A DNA stretch of 64,000 nucleotides, from the NCBI GenBank assembly GCA_951406725.2, contig OX597828.1, positions 77,748,001 to 77,812,000 of the forward strand, in the 5' to 3' direction. The position numbers were made by a program, and so were the translations under genes. Position 1 is the stretch's first letter, and each line of letters starts with the position of its first letter. This DNA comes from Octopus vulgaris (lineage: Eukaryota). Of the stretch, positions 11,601 through 26,289 are shown piece by piece. The notes beneath the pieces were generated by a model. The model was not told the DNA's origin. It ran no database searches and was given only the letters and a program-made list of their open reading frames with translations.

Positions 11601-14600
11601 TGTATAAATATCAGTTAGCTGAATGATATTTAGGGATTGACAGAAAAACCACCTGCAAGGTGGGCCATTCTGCTAGTCTCAGAAAATGGAAGAAGACCTT
11701 TAACAATACTGACCCTATATGGGATGGTCATGGAAAGAACCCTTTTTATCACAGATCTACACAATCTCAATCAGTGGCCCTCAACCATTTTTATCCTATG
11801 GACCCTTTTGTTTAATATTTTATTCTAGTGGACCCCCAGAGCCATTCCATGTTTAAAAACTAATTTTATAGAAACTTCTTTCAAAATTCCTATTTTCTTT
11901 ATCACTCATTCTCCTCTATGATTTGAAGTAATTGTGTTAGAGAAATAAACCTAGCTGTTTCTTGCAATACAGGCAAGGGGACACTGAAAAGTTCCTGGCT
12001 TTAGGTAAAAGAAAATAGACGGGGATCAGTTAATGATTTTATTCAACATATTCCCTTCTCAGACTCACATACTTATTGCATCGGTCCTTCAGCTTTTCTA
12101 AGCGCTGAAAAAGAACTTGGAATGCTGGGCCTCCAGCCAGACCTTTAGCGATACCCTTAAAGCCAGGAACTTTGCAGCTCCCCTTCATACATTTAAATCA
12201 AAACTTGTCATGAACCCTTAAAATACAAATGGATCCCAAATTTACTATTTTGCTAGCATAGACCCGCACCCCCCACCCAAAATCTTACATGGCCCCTGGT
12301 TGAGAATCACTGATCTAAATAATTATAGCTGTAGCAGAGATAAATTGGAGAGACAGTTCTTCAGAGCAGTTGTTGAATGTGTTTGTATATGGCTCTCTGA
12401 TTTGGACTCTCACCAAGAGTCTCAGGTGCATGCTGGACGGTACCTACACCAGAATGTTATGTGCAGTGCTCAACATCTCTTGGAGGGAGCACCCAATAAA
12501 ACAACGATGGGAATGCACCAATTTTCTCACCAACCATCCAAGAGCGGAGATTGAGGTTTGCTGGCCACTGCTGGAGAAGTAAAGAAGAACTGGTGAGTTG
12601 TGTGTTGCTGTGGACACCAAAACATGGAACCACAGCGGCTGGAAAACCACGGAAGACATATATACAACAGCTTGCAGAAGATGTTGGATGCCAAGTTGAA
12701 GACCTAAGAACACTAATGGAAGATCAAGAGGTAGTGAGGCTGGCCCTAGCAATCGGCCCAACAGAATGATGCCCCGATAAAAAAGAAGAAAAAAATAGGG
12801 CTTTCATGCAAGGAAAGAGTGAGATACAGGAGATATTTTTATAATCAAAAAAATCAAAAAATCCTAAAATAAGTAAACTACAAAAATAAAGAAGACAGAA
12901 TTTGCATTATTGAAGTGTGTGTGTGTGTGTGTGTGTGTCTTTTGTGATGACTGTTTATATATATTGTTTACATCACTCTTAAGTGGTTGGCGTTAGGAAG
13001 GGAATCCAACCGTACAAGCCATGCCACAACAGACAACTGGAGTCTGCACAGCTCCCAGCTGGCTAGCTTCATGTCAAACCGTCCAACTCATGCCAGCATG
13101 GAAAGCAGACTTTAAATGATCATGATCATGAGAATTTAGAAACTTCAAGAAAATGTGAAAATAATCCATTTTTTAACAGTTGAATTCAATGAGATAAAGT
13201 TATAAATAATTAGATGTAAATACTGAGTGAGAAAAAAAACTCTACGGAGAGAAGGAGTTGAAGTTGGTTGGTTCATGTTCCATGGAATCTCCCCTTCATG
13301 GAAACTCCCCTTCCATGGACTGCTTTGGACATTTTCTATCCAACAAATTTTTCCCACCAATATTTACATGCAATTATTTACAGCTTTATCCACTTCAAGT
13401 GCAACCACCAAAATATACAATGTGTGTATGTGTGTGTGTGTGTGTGTGTGAGAGAGTGAGTGTGTGAGTGAGTGTATCCATTATGCGTCAGTGGGATTGG
13501 TGTCCTCACCTTGATTGTTGCTTTCACTATGTTTCAGCTGTGTATGCTTCAGCTTTGAAAATTCACTCGGACACGGCCTACGAGTATAGCATAGTGGATA
13601 AAGGGTACTAGTTAATGCAGCGCAGTCACTTAGAGGTTCCGAGTTCAATGTCAAGCAAGGAACTAAGGTGAATCACAAGACACCTGAACATACTACAGCC
13701 AAAACAGAGTGAAAGCAACAATCAAGATGATGACACCATTCCAACAAATACACAATATAAAATTCCTCGTCTCAGATTTACAGAATTGTCAGTGCACGTG
13801 TGTGTGTGTGTGTGCGCGTGTGTGTGTGTATCCTCATCATCATCATTTAATGTCCATTCTCCATGCAGACATGAGTTGGCTGGTCTGACGGGGACTGACC
13901 AGCTGAAAGGTTGTTCAGGCTCCATGTCTGTTTTTTGGCATGGTTTGTGCTACACTAAAAGCTGTGCATGGTACCAAAATTTTCAACTTAAGTCAAATAT
14001 AGCAAACTATTCTAAACCATAGTTAAGGTATCTGGCATAAGTGGAGTCAAGATCGGCAAGTTTGTCTGGCATCAAGTCTTCTTATTTGTAATAATAAAGT
14101 CAAACTAAATAATGCTTTCATTGAGGACGGTTTACGTAATGGATGCATTTCCTATTATATATAACACAAACATGTTAAATGACTTCAAAAATATCACTAT
14201 TTGGTCTCACTTCATTATTGCAATTGTGTGTGTGTGTTTGAGTGTATGTACACACACACACACACACACACACACAGATATAGAGTAGAAGCAACAAAGG
14301 AAATTACAAATACCTACCAGTTCAACATCCGATTCCTCTTCACTCTCTTCTTTCACACTGCTATCAATATCACCATTGAGTTTATCTTGTACAACTTTCG
14401 TTTTCACATGTGGCTTCTTAAAGTCCATTTTACTTCGGCCTTTCAAACCAAAAGGCTTCGGACCCCTTTTCCCCTTTAACTTCTCCGGCCTCCGTTTAAA
14501 AGCCACCTTGTTATACAATGGTTCTTCTTTAATAAAAGACACTGACTTGATTCCCTGACCGTCCACTCCTTGACCACAAAAATTACTCATCACTGGCTTA

Positions 14601-15793
14601 CATTCACTCTTTACCTCTGCAGCACAACACATCACACCACTTTGACAATCATGAGAACCAGATTCTTGCTTAACCATTCCATTGCTAAGTTTATAATCTG
14701 ACAAAGCTGTGTTACTTTCAGATTGTTCTTCATGTTTACAATGGCAGCTGTTTGAAGAAGAATCTCCTTCAGATTCTACCTTACAATGGTTAGAATCTGG
14801 CAAACATTTACAGTCTGTCTTACTTTCACACTTTATCTTGCATTGGTCAGTTAAAACTGAAGCACCATTGGATAGTCTCTCTTTAGCATTAAATTTCAAA
14901 TTGTTCAGATGTTTGAGGTACGTAGGCATTCGGTAGGCGCCGTTTTTGCGATAATTTGAAAGATAGTTTATAGGAGAACCCCAGGGATCTAAAAAACAAT
15001 TCCTTGACCAGTCGAGAGTACGCCTTTTCTTTCGCCCTCTACGCAAAGGGGCACCAAGTTTATGGAGAGATTCAAAGCTGTAATCAGAGTCTTCTTCTTC
15101 ACTGGAGATTACTGTTGGCGGCAGAACAGTTTTGATTTTCTGTCAAAGACAAAGAAATACAAGGTTAATAGATTTCAAAAATGGAGACACAAAATTGTTG
15201 GCTCGGCTGGAATTACGTCACAGAATGTAGAGAAACAAAAGTGGATACTATCTGATGCTTTGTTATTTCTGCAGCTCTCATAAAAAAAGACACAATTAAT
15301 GGGATGGTAATGTCCGTTAGAATGACCCCCTCTCACCACCACCACCACCACCTTTCCTACACTACCTTATTCACAAGAGGAGGATGACCTTGGCAGGAGA
15401 AAACAACCAGGAAAAATAAGAAATAAAGATGGAGAGTAGAGTGGTAGAAACAAGGGAGAGTCAGCGAAGCTGCTTTGAAATATTTAGTTATGTAACTTGA
15501 TGGCATCGGTCCAATTGCCAGCAGAGCACCAACTTTACTCTGCATTAGTTGTAGTTGTCCAGCTAGAGGTCAGTCCTTGGTCAAGTCTGCATCATAATGG
15601 AATTGATATTTATCAGTCCAGCTAACTATACCTAACATCCCTAAGGAATATCTACTTTTGTGTCAATGTAAATAAACAAGTTTTTGTTATTAGTTAACAA
15701 AAGATTTCAGCAATTAGAACGTAATTAGAGAAAGAAAGATACACATGTGTATACAAAGAAAGAGACAGAGAGATACAAAAAGACATTATATAT

Positions 15794-15839
<46 letters not shown>

Positions 15840-16446
15840 TCATCATCGTTTAATGTCCGCTTTCCATGCTAGCATGGGTTGGACGGTTCAACTGGGGTCT
15901 GGGAAGCCAGAAGGCTGCACCAGGCCCAGTCTGATCTGGCAGTGTTTCTACAGCTGGATGCCCTTCCTAATGCCAACCACTCCGTGAGTGTAGTGGATGC
16001 TTTTTACGTGCCACCGGCACAGGGGCCAGAGGAAGCTGGCAAACGGCCATGATTGGATGGTGCTTTTTACATGCCACCAGCACGGAGACCAGTCAGGGCA
16101 GCGCTGGCTACGGCCACGTTCGGATAGTTCTTTTACGTGTCACCGTATATATATATATATATCTAGTTAAGTGAACAGCAATGACGATACCGGTTTGACT
16201 TTGAATCTCTTTAACAATTCAAAATAACCAATTTAATTCCTCTTAATTCTACCTCAGTTCATCTAATTGGATTTATTTATCGCTACTTTTCATAAAAAAG
16301 TCTTTATTTTTTTTTATATTCAATATGCATTTTCGCTTTTTTTCTTCTTACTTTCCCCAAATCTTTTCCACATGTCGTTTCTATTTTCTTTTTGAAACAT
16401 ATTTCTATTATATACATATATATATATATATATTTAATTATTTATT

Positions 16447-16494
<48 letters not shown>

Positions 16495-17314
16495 TATATG
16501 TAGAAAGATGGAAATACTGATATAAGAAGTTAAAGCAAAAGACGTGGATAATACAGAGAAGATTCTCCAGAAGAAGCAATAAATACAGCTTTCTATGAAA
16601 GCCAAAGAAAAATTGGTGACAGACCAAATCTGAACCAGTGTAGAGCAGCAGACCCATTCAATCTCTGTCAGGAAGGTAAATTAAATAACACAGCATTGAT
16701 GATGATGACCATGCTGCTGCTGCTGCTGCTCATCATCATTACTACCACCACTACCAATATAATCATCATCATCATCATCATCATGGTGATGATGAATTGT
16801 AGACGTTGACAGTAATTTTAGTCTCGGCTCCTTTGCACCCTCTCCTTTCATACAAGTTAATAAGATATTTCAGCTTGTATGTATACATATATATATATAT
16901 ATATATATCTATATATAAAACTGAAATGCGTTTTTACCGCTTGGATCGCTTTCAATGCCACTACATCCCGTCCGATTCGCTCCAAAATTTACAGGGACAT
17001 GTAGAATGAGGTGACGATGCGCGTGGGCTACCTTAGAAATCCCTATCTTAAAAGGTGTGGTTGCTAGGGGCCATCTTCCTACCTCACCCTATTTCCTCCA
17101 GTACTCTGTCACTCCTCTTCATTTATAACTTTCAGAAGTCCACTACGGTTATTTAAAGTATCTGTCACTATCGCTATTTCCTTTCTTTTTCACTGACTCT
17201 GTTTCTTACCTTCCTATCACTTCGGCGACGTTCTTTGAAGTATATGTCTGTCACCAACAATCAACACACGAGCATGAGAACAAATATTATGAATCAGATA
17301 TTCTTGCGTTCATT

Positions 17315-17354
<40 letters not shown>

Positions 17355-20300
17355 CTATATATATATATATATGTATATAATGTATGTGTGTGTGTGTGTG
17401 TGTTCTATATATAAATATGTATATATAATGTATGTGTGTGTGTTCTATATATAAATATGTATATATAATGTATGTGTGTGTGTGTGTTCTATATATAAAT
17501 ATGTATATATAATGTATATATACAAAGTGTATATATCTGTATTTATGTATATTAAACTTTTTCATACTTTTTCATAGTTATATATATTTTTAAACAAATT
17601 ATAAATATAATTTCATAATTTTTATTTTCAATTTAAATAATTTAAAGTTTTCAATTTTATATTTTACTAGCAGTATCGCCCGGCGTTGCTCGGGTTTGTA
17701 AGGGAAATAACTATATAAGCATTTTTAGTGAGTTATAGCAAAAAAAATAGCAAAAAATGCATTAAAGATGGAATAAAAAATGATAGTAATTTCTTTTTTA
17801 AATCGTTGACTCATCGTAGACATTTTTACAGAGTTACTTCCCTTATATAATAGCGAAAAATGCATTAAAATGGAATAAAAAAATGATGGTAATTTTTTTT
17901 TTAATCGTTGACTCATCGTAGACATTTTTAGAGAGTTACTTCCCTTATATAATAGCGAAAAATGCATTAAAATGGAATAAAAAATGATGGTAAATTTTTT
18001 TTTAAATCGTAGACTCATCGTAGACGCGCGATAATACCCAGAAGGGCTCGATATGAATCACGACTATAAGATACCCGCTTTTGGTTACACTGCACCGCAA
18101 AATGTGGGAGTAGTTAGGAATCTAAATCGTAGGAGACAGACACACAACCTTACTTTTATATATAAAGATTTGTGCAACAACTAAAACATTCGGTTGTGCA
18201 AATTGTTTGCACAGGAAACCTGCCCTGTGTGGCGGTTTTTGCCGTTTTTGTGGATCTGTTTCAGCTTTTTTAGCGATCTCTGTTTTGGTGACTTCAAGCC
18301 ATGAAGTCGTTGTTCTAAAAGAACGCTGGTCTCCTTCACAACGCATTACGACATTGATTTCCTTACACTCCCTTCCCCACAGCTTCACGAGGGAGGGAAG
18401 AAGGGGGAGAAGCAACACAGGTTCAGGCGTGAGCGTGGACGCCAACTCCGCCGCCATCGACACACGAAAAAATATGCATTAAAATGGAATAAAAAATGAT
18501 GTTAAATTATTTTTTAAATCGTAGACTCATCGTAGACGCGCGCTAATACCCAGACGGGCTCGATATGAATCACGACTATAAGATACCCGAATTTGGTTAA
18601 ACTGCACCGCAAAATTTGGGAGTAGTTAGGAATCTAAATCGAAGGGGACAGACACTCACACAACTACAGTTTTATATATATAGATATATTTTCTATGTTA
18701 TATTTTCTTTTTTTATGTTTTTGTTTTTGGTTTTTCACTGTTTGATTTGCCTATTAGTGGTTTTATCTCTAATTTAATTTATATAGATATATATCTCATT
18801 TGTATACATTTGTATATATAATGCGTGCACACACACACACATATATATATACACATATATATATGTGTGCATTACGTAGTCGGTCGATTCACCTGAAAAT
18901 ATGCACACCTATGTTAAAGGTGCTGACAAGTTTGCATCACAACTATTTTGTTCCTCAAATGAAAGGCGTCACCTCTAGGACAAAATTCCTCATCTTATAA
19001 AATGTGACCCCAGTACACCCGAATGAAATCGGGTTATATTAACCAAAATGTGAAAAGGGGTCTAAATGGGGCTGGAAGGGGATTAAAATTTCAAAGAGCG
19101 GGTGTTTAGGAATTCTCTGTTGCATCAAGCTAAAAAATTTGCGCCAGCCTTTTAATCGTCAATGTGTTGCCGTCCATGATAAAGAAGTTTTGAATGCTTG
19201 CCATGGTGAGTCTACTGTCGTGAGAAAGAATCACTTCAAAAATTGGTGTTTACGAATTTTCTTTTACATCAAGTTCAAAATTTTACGCCAGCCGTTAAAC
19301 TGTCACTACGTTGCTGTCCGTCGTTAACAAATGCCAGCCATGGTGACTCTACTATCCTCAGATTCTATCCCTTCAAACTTTGGTTTCCAATATTTTATTA
19401 TTTTTATTCAGCTCGCAAGTTCGTCTGTCCCTTTTGAATGTTAGCGTTTTGCTGTCTGCCTTGAAGCAGACCTTTCCATTGCCACTGCCTCATATTTCTG
19501 ATTGATCTTTCTAAATATTTTATTTCTCAACTTACTCAAGATCTTCTGTTGTTTATAAATGGGAGAGAGATAGATAAAGATAGAGAGTAAGAGAAAGCGA
19601 GGGAGAGTCAGAGAGAAAAGAAAAGTAAGAGAGTGGGAAAGTGAGAGAGAAAGGAGAGAGAAACAAATACGGAGAATCATCATCATCATCATCGTTTGAC
19701 GTCCGTTTTCCGTGCTAGCACGAGTTGGGCAGTGTGACCGGGGTCTCGGAAGCCAGGAGGCTGCACCAGGCTCCAGTCTGATCTGGCAGTGTTTCTACAG
19801 GTGGATGACCTTCCTAACGCCAACCACACTGTGAGTGTAGTGAGTGCTTTTTTCGTGCCGCCGGCACTGGTGCCAGGGGGGCTCGCACTGGCAACGATCG
19901 GTTGGTGCTTTTTACGTGCCACCAGCACAGAAAGCAAGTCAAGGCGGTGCTGCAATCGGCCACGTTCGGATGGTGCTTTTTACGTGCTGAAAGGAAGCAA
20001 CATAAAGTAACACCCACACTCTTACCCGCGCGTAGAGCGGGTCACCTTCAGCTAGTATATATATATATATATATCCAGCCTCTTTATTCAATCCAACAAC
20101 GGGAGCCACTATGCGAGGGATCAACCTGAAGAAATAGCAGCCAAAGCAATCTGATATCACACTGTATTATCTTAAAATAAAAAAAAAAGGAAACATTAAT
20201 ATATAAAAACATGAGAAGGGTTCTGCGAATAGGATTTACACATCTTGAGCAGAAGTAATAATAGGATGATGGATGCTTCAATGTATTCTGGTTTTTCAGC

Positions 20301-23300
20301 TTTCTCAGGGTCAAACGAGAAACCTCATGGTCACGAGCATACAGACATTTTTATGGGATTCTTTTATTATTTCACTTGTTTCAGACATCTGACTGCAGCC
20401 ATGCTGGAGCACCATCTTGAAGGGTTTTAGTCGAAGAAATCAAGATCAGGACTTATTTCTTAAGACTAGTACTTATTTTTTCAATCTCTTTTGCCGAACT
20501 ACTAAGTTACGAGGACATAAACATGCAAACACCGGTTGTCAAGCGGTGATAGGCGTACTAACACTGACACATACATATATACGACAGACTTCTTTCAGTT
20601 TCCATCTACCAAATCCATCCACAATGCTTTGGTTGGGCCAAGGCTATTGTAGAAGACACTTGGCCAAGATGCCACGCAGTGGGACTGAACCCAGAACCAT
20701 GTGCTTGAGAAGCAAGCTTCTTACCACACAGCTACGGGATGGGTGTATTTATTTTATCTTGCAGTGAACAACAGCACCATCCTTGGTTACCTCCCTTGCC
20801 AAGGGATGACCAGTCACTGGTTTATAATATTTCTGAGTGTGACACTGAAGCAGGAGATCTACAGCACGTGTCCCCCAATCACTGGGCCACAGAGCAGTAC
20901 CCAGACATCAATCATTTGGTACGGGGCCACACAGAAAGAGTAGATTTAAAAATTTTATTTCTATTTTATTGACAACCCCAGACTGCAGAGTGTTTTTGCA
21001 TTGTCATCATCATCGTTTAATGTCTGTTTTCCATGCTGGCATGGGTTGGACGGTGTGACATGGGGCTGGCCAGCTGGAGAGCTGTCCAGGATCCAAATTG
21101 CCTGCTGTGGCATGGTTTCTACAGCTGGATGCCCTTCTTAGCACCAACCACTTTACAGAGTGTATTTGGTACCTTTTACAGGACACCCACCAGCATGGGT
21201 GCAATTATGCAGTACCAACATGTGTGCATCTTATGTGGTACCAGTACCTGTAGTAAGGGACAAGTCTCTATGTATGGATGACAGGGATTTTACTAAGCTC
21301 AACACATCTTCTCAAGTATAACGTGTCACCCAGTTTGTGGGGAAAATGTATTACATGAAATCAGTTGGTAGTGGAAAAAAAAGGGTTCGGGGCCAAATGA
21401 TGTGAAGGACTTCAGTCAAAAAGCTAAAAAATACAAATATACACATTTGATACTCTTTTTAGCCAATCCTAAATGGCTGTAAAGCAAAAACAACCTCAGC
21501 AGAATTTGATCTTGCGATGTCAAGAGGACTGCATTTAGACTCCATTGTCTACTTCGGTGTGGTTTCTATGAATTTCTATGCCCTTCCTCATATCAACCTC
21601 TTTACAGCATATAGACTGGGTGGCTTTCATTTGTGCCACCAGCACCAGTGAGGTCACCATGCAGCTTGTATGACTACAAACCCACAAAAGAGGCAGTTTT
21701 ATGCTAGGAGATGATGGGGGGAAGGTGGGGTTAAAATATGAAAGAAGGGGGCCAGAGCAGAAGAGATCTCTTGTTGTAGAGGAGCTACATCATCATCATC
21801 GTTTAACGTCCGTTCTCCATGCTAGCATGGGTTGGACGGTTCGACCGGGGATAACAGGGGTGGAGCTGGGAAGGGATGAAAATATTGTTGATAAGGTGTC
21901 AAGGTGGACCTTCAAGGAACAAGGTGAGTGAAGACAGTACTGGGAGTGTGGCCGAGTAGAAGCTGCAAGAATGTATGGGAGAGTGAGAGATGGGGAATGG
22001 GTGAGGGAGTGAATATAATGAATGAAGAATAAGTGTTCACACACACACACACACACAGACAGACAGACAGAGGCTGCTTTCAGTTTCCATCTATCAAATT
22101 CACTCGCAAGGTTCTGGTTGGCCAAACCCAAAACCATACGATTCGAAAGCAAATGCTTGAAGCACACAGCCATGCTAGCCCCTTTTTTACATAGATGTTA
22201 AATATTCAACAAGTCAACCATGGCAGGATTTGAACTCAGAATGTCAAGAGAAGCAGCAAACACTGCAAGGTGCCTAGTCCCAGTTTCTGTTTCAACCAGC
22301 CACTCTCTTTGAGCAATACTAATAAAAAGCAAATGGTAGGTTGTTGCCTAGTCCAAGATCAACCCTCACCGAGCAAACCTATGATGTAGGCATGCAAAAC
22401 AGTAGGGTGTCATTTCAGGCAGATTAGGCTGTTATTTCTAGTAAGTTCAGTGACTACATAGTGGATCCATAATCACAAAGACACCTGCGTAGAGCCACAG
22501 GTGAGAGATTATGTAATTCTATGTAATCACAAAGATACAAGGGGATAAACACAAATTTACATCACTTACTTGTCTCAATCTACTTGGACGTGACGAAGGA
22601 GGGGAAATGATTTCTGTGGACACTTGAGCCTTATTACGTTTCTTTTTTGAGGGACGTGATTTTAAATTGCTGTCATCATCTTCCTCAAAAACTGTCTATA
22701 AGTGGAGAAAAAAAAAACACAAAAGAAAACAACAGTAAGAAAATGAATAAAAATCCTTGTATAATCACAAAATAGAAACCACAAATACTAACTTGTAGCA
22801 AAAAAGAAAACACTATGGCTGTGAGGTGACAAACCTGAAGATACTACGACTAATCACAGCTTTCACTTCAAACCTTCTCATTACAAATTGTGTTATGGCA
22901 GAAAACTTAACTCTTTTCTACTCTTACTCCAGGTCAAGGCTGACCAAGGGCTATATGCTGGATAACAACACCACACATAACATTGTAACTGTAATTCTGT
23001 AACCTTCGTGTCATGGTGTGTGCAAATTGCATCCACACATCACACTATTATTTCAGAATGGACCCAAGTTTTAACCTACACAAGAGGCAAGTCATGTCAG
23101 CAATCCAAAGGAACACCTATTAACCACATGTATGTGTCCCCAAAAGAGCTGACCAGGACTATTCAATTGAAACAGCAGTCAAACTTCCCTCAACATCTGC
23201 ATTAATCCTTCAGCCAATTCACACCCAAATATTCTACCTGTTTTATGTTCTAGCTGACCACACCTATCCAACAATGTCACTCTAACTGGGATATCCCTGT

Positions 23301-26242
23301 ATCTCTTCTACAGTAAGGCCCCTATCTCTATCCCTCTATCATTCTTTTAACCTCTCATCAACCAGCACAAAGTCACCTCCCGAAATACATCTCCCTCACC
23401 TCCAGTCAAAGGGACTTTGTCTTGTCTTACAAATTACTTGGTGACCCCACCAGTTTGGGTGCCAAGAAAAAAGCATCCAATACACTATGTAAAGTGGTCG
23501 ATGTTAAGAAGAGCATCCAGCCATAGAAGCTCCAACATCTGGCAACTGACTTGGTAAACACCCACAAAATTAATAACCATTGTGCCAACAACCACCCTGA
23601 GCACCTTTTTGAGCTCCATGTGTCTAACACATGTGGGCATGGCTACAAAGTCAGGAAACAGCATACCTCCCATGACTTTCTGAACATTTTTTCACACTCA
23701 AGAGTTGCTGAAGCATGGCACAAACTGCCTGCATCAGTTGTTAGTTGCTGAGACATTGCATCCTTTAAAACCTCCATGTTTCCTGAAATTCGCCAACACT
23801 ACACTTGATATCCCCTCCTGCTCCATACGCATGCACACATGTATATCGTGGCTCATACACTGTTCACTTTCCTGACTTTGGTACATAATTCTATGTACTC
23901 TACATGCACCTTTGAGGAGTTGTAGTGCACCTGAGCACTGTGCACCTGAGCACTGTGCACAATAGTTTCATTATTATTACTATTATTAAACTGTGCCAAA
24001 ACCCTTGCCAGCTCCTATCAAACCATCCAACCTATGCCAGCATGGAGAATGGACACAAAATAATGATGATCATCATCATCATCACATCAAACAAACCATC
24101 ATATTCTCAAAGCTATGAGAGAATGCATGATTAATTCAAAACAATGCAAATAAACGAGCATTAGATTAGAGAGGGAAGTAATCTGAATGCACAGAGGGTT
24201 ACAGAGAAGTGCAGACGTGTGTCTCCCATAATGTAGTCCTCCATTATACCTGAAACAAAGACAGGATGGTCATGGCAGGAATATCTTTGATCATAAATTT
24301 TCTCTACCAAGTTTGACCTAGGGTTAAACAACCATATCGTCATTCAAATCATTTATTCTTTCGTAAGACTTTTTTCTGTCCATTTGCTTAGATTCCTTAA
24401 TTCTTTATTTTCGTTTAGCCATCAGGATTAAGGCCATGCGACAGCGCCACCTACAGATGAGATGACTTCTTTTCTCTTTTTCACCACTGCTAGCTGTTCT
24501 TCTTACAGCCGACCCCCAACTCATAAACTAAGGTTTTTGTGAAACCTTTTGCCAGCCACATGGACTGCAGTAAGCAAACTTATAATTTCATAGATGATAC
24601 ATATTAATGGCAGCAGTAACAGCAGCAGCAGCTGTAGTAGTAGTAGTAGTAGTAGTAGTAAAATAGTTGTAGTGGACATGGCTGTAGAAGTAGTGGTGGT
24701 AGCAGTCAGGATAAGGCAGAGGTAGAAGTAGTAGGAAGAGGAGTAGTGGTGGCAGCAGCAGCAGCAGTAGTAATAGTAGTGGTGGCAGCGATGGTGGTGG
24801 TGTTAGTAGTAGTAGTAGAAGAGGAAGAAGAAAGTGTAAATGATAGCCAAGAGGCAGGAGTCAACATCAAGCAAACAAAAATGAAGAATAAAAAAAGCAA
24901 CAAGCAAATAAAAATAAAAAAAATAATTTACTTCTTCTTTGTTTCTCTCTTTCAGTGATTCCATTTCCTCCGGTGGCTCCTCCTGGGTTGATGTGTCGTC
25001 GTCATTTTGAGGAAACTGGTTCAGATGTGGTGTGTGTTTGTAGACCCGTAAGTCGGCACCACAAAACTGTGGGAAATGAATGTAGACGTTACCCTCGGCA
25101 TCGCGGCCAAGGTTATATTCCCTTTGTTCTTCTGGAGGTTGCAGTTCTATTGCCTCACGCAGAGGTTCTTGGTGTTCCTGGCAAAACAAACGAGTAGCAA
25201 ACATTATAATTTCGGCTGCCAACCAAAGCTTTGTTAATGGATTTGGTAGACAGAAACTGAAAGAAGCCTGGCAGAATCATTAGCACGCCAGGCAAAATGC
25301 TTAGAAGCATTTCGTCAGCTGTTACTTTCCGAGTTCAAATTTCGCTGAGGTCAACTTTACTTTTCATCCTTTCGGGGATCAATAAATTAAGTACCAGTCA
25401 TGCACTGGGGTCGATCTAATCAACTTAATCCCTTTGTCTGTCCTTGTTTGTCCCCTCTATGTTTAGCCCTTTGTGAGCAATAAAGAAATAAGAAACTGAA
25501 AGCAGCCTGCCGTATATATGTATTCAGGGTTAGGGTTATTGTCCATAAGTAAGTCAAGGAGCTATATTTAGATTTATGTCAGGAGTACCAATGCTGATGA
25601 AGGCAATAAGTAATGGCTTTTATTACTTTAAGCCCAAAACACAATCATGTACGTGGTTAACCAAAGTTCTGATTCATTTTCTTTCTTTTGCTAGTCTTTT
25701 TGTAGTGTGTCTCTCTCAGAGAACTTATAGTGGTAATAGTGTCGCTTGACATCTGTTTTCCAGTGCGTGGTGAGGCACAAGCCAAGCCCTTGTTATAATT
25801 ATATATATAATGTACCTAAGAGGTTTTATTTCCACGCTGACCACTTGGTACAAATCATTAATGATTTTTATTCTTTTATTATTTTATTTATATATATACA
25901 TATATGACAAAACCATAAATACTAATGGCGAAGTAAGTCTGGAGAGAGCCGAACAATCGAGGAGTCTTAACTGATGAAGCAACGGAGATTGCCAAAACTG
26001 ATGTCAGTATGATGAATTCTCAATCAGCATTTTTTGGATGATTATGCTCCCTGTAAGTGTATATGCTTCCATTCATGTGCATTAACTACAACATTAGAGC
26101 AGTTTAGCTCTTATTTCTAGCAATGTAGGTGTTTTCTAACACCCTAATAACGTTTAGTGACATTTGTAATTCTGCTTTTTGGTGAAACATTGCTAACTGC
26201 TGTTTATATTAATTATAATCTTTCTGTCACCCTCAGAAATAT

Positions 26243-26289
<47 letters not shown>

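Noticed and set aside
25520-25545. TTAGGG-like repeats as a telomere
   Set aside because: Only about two units, in an internal position.
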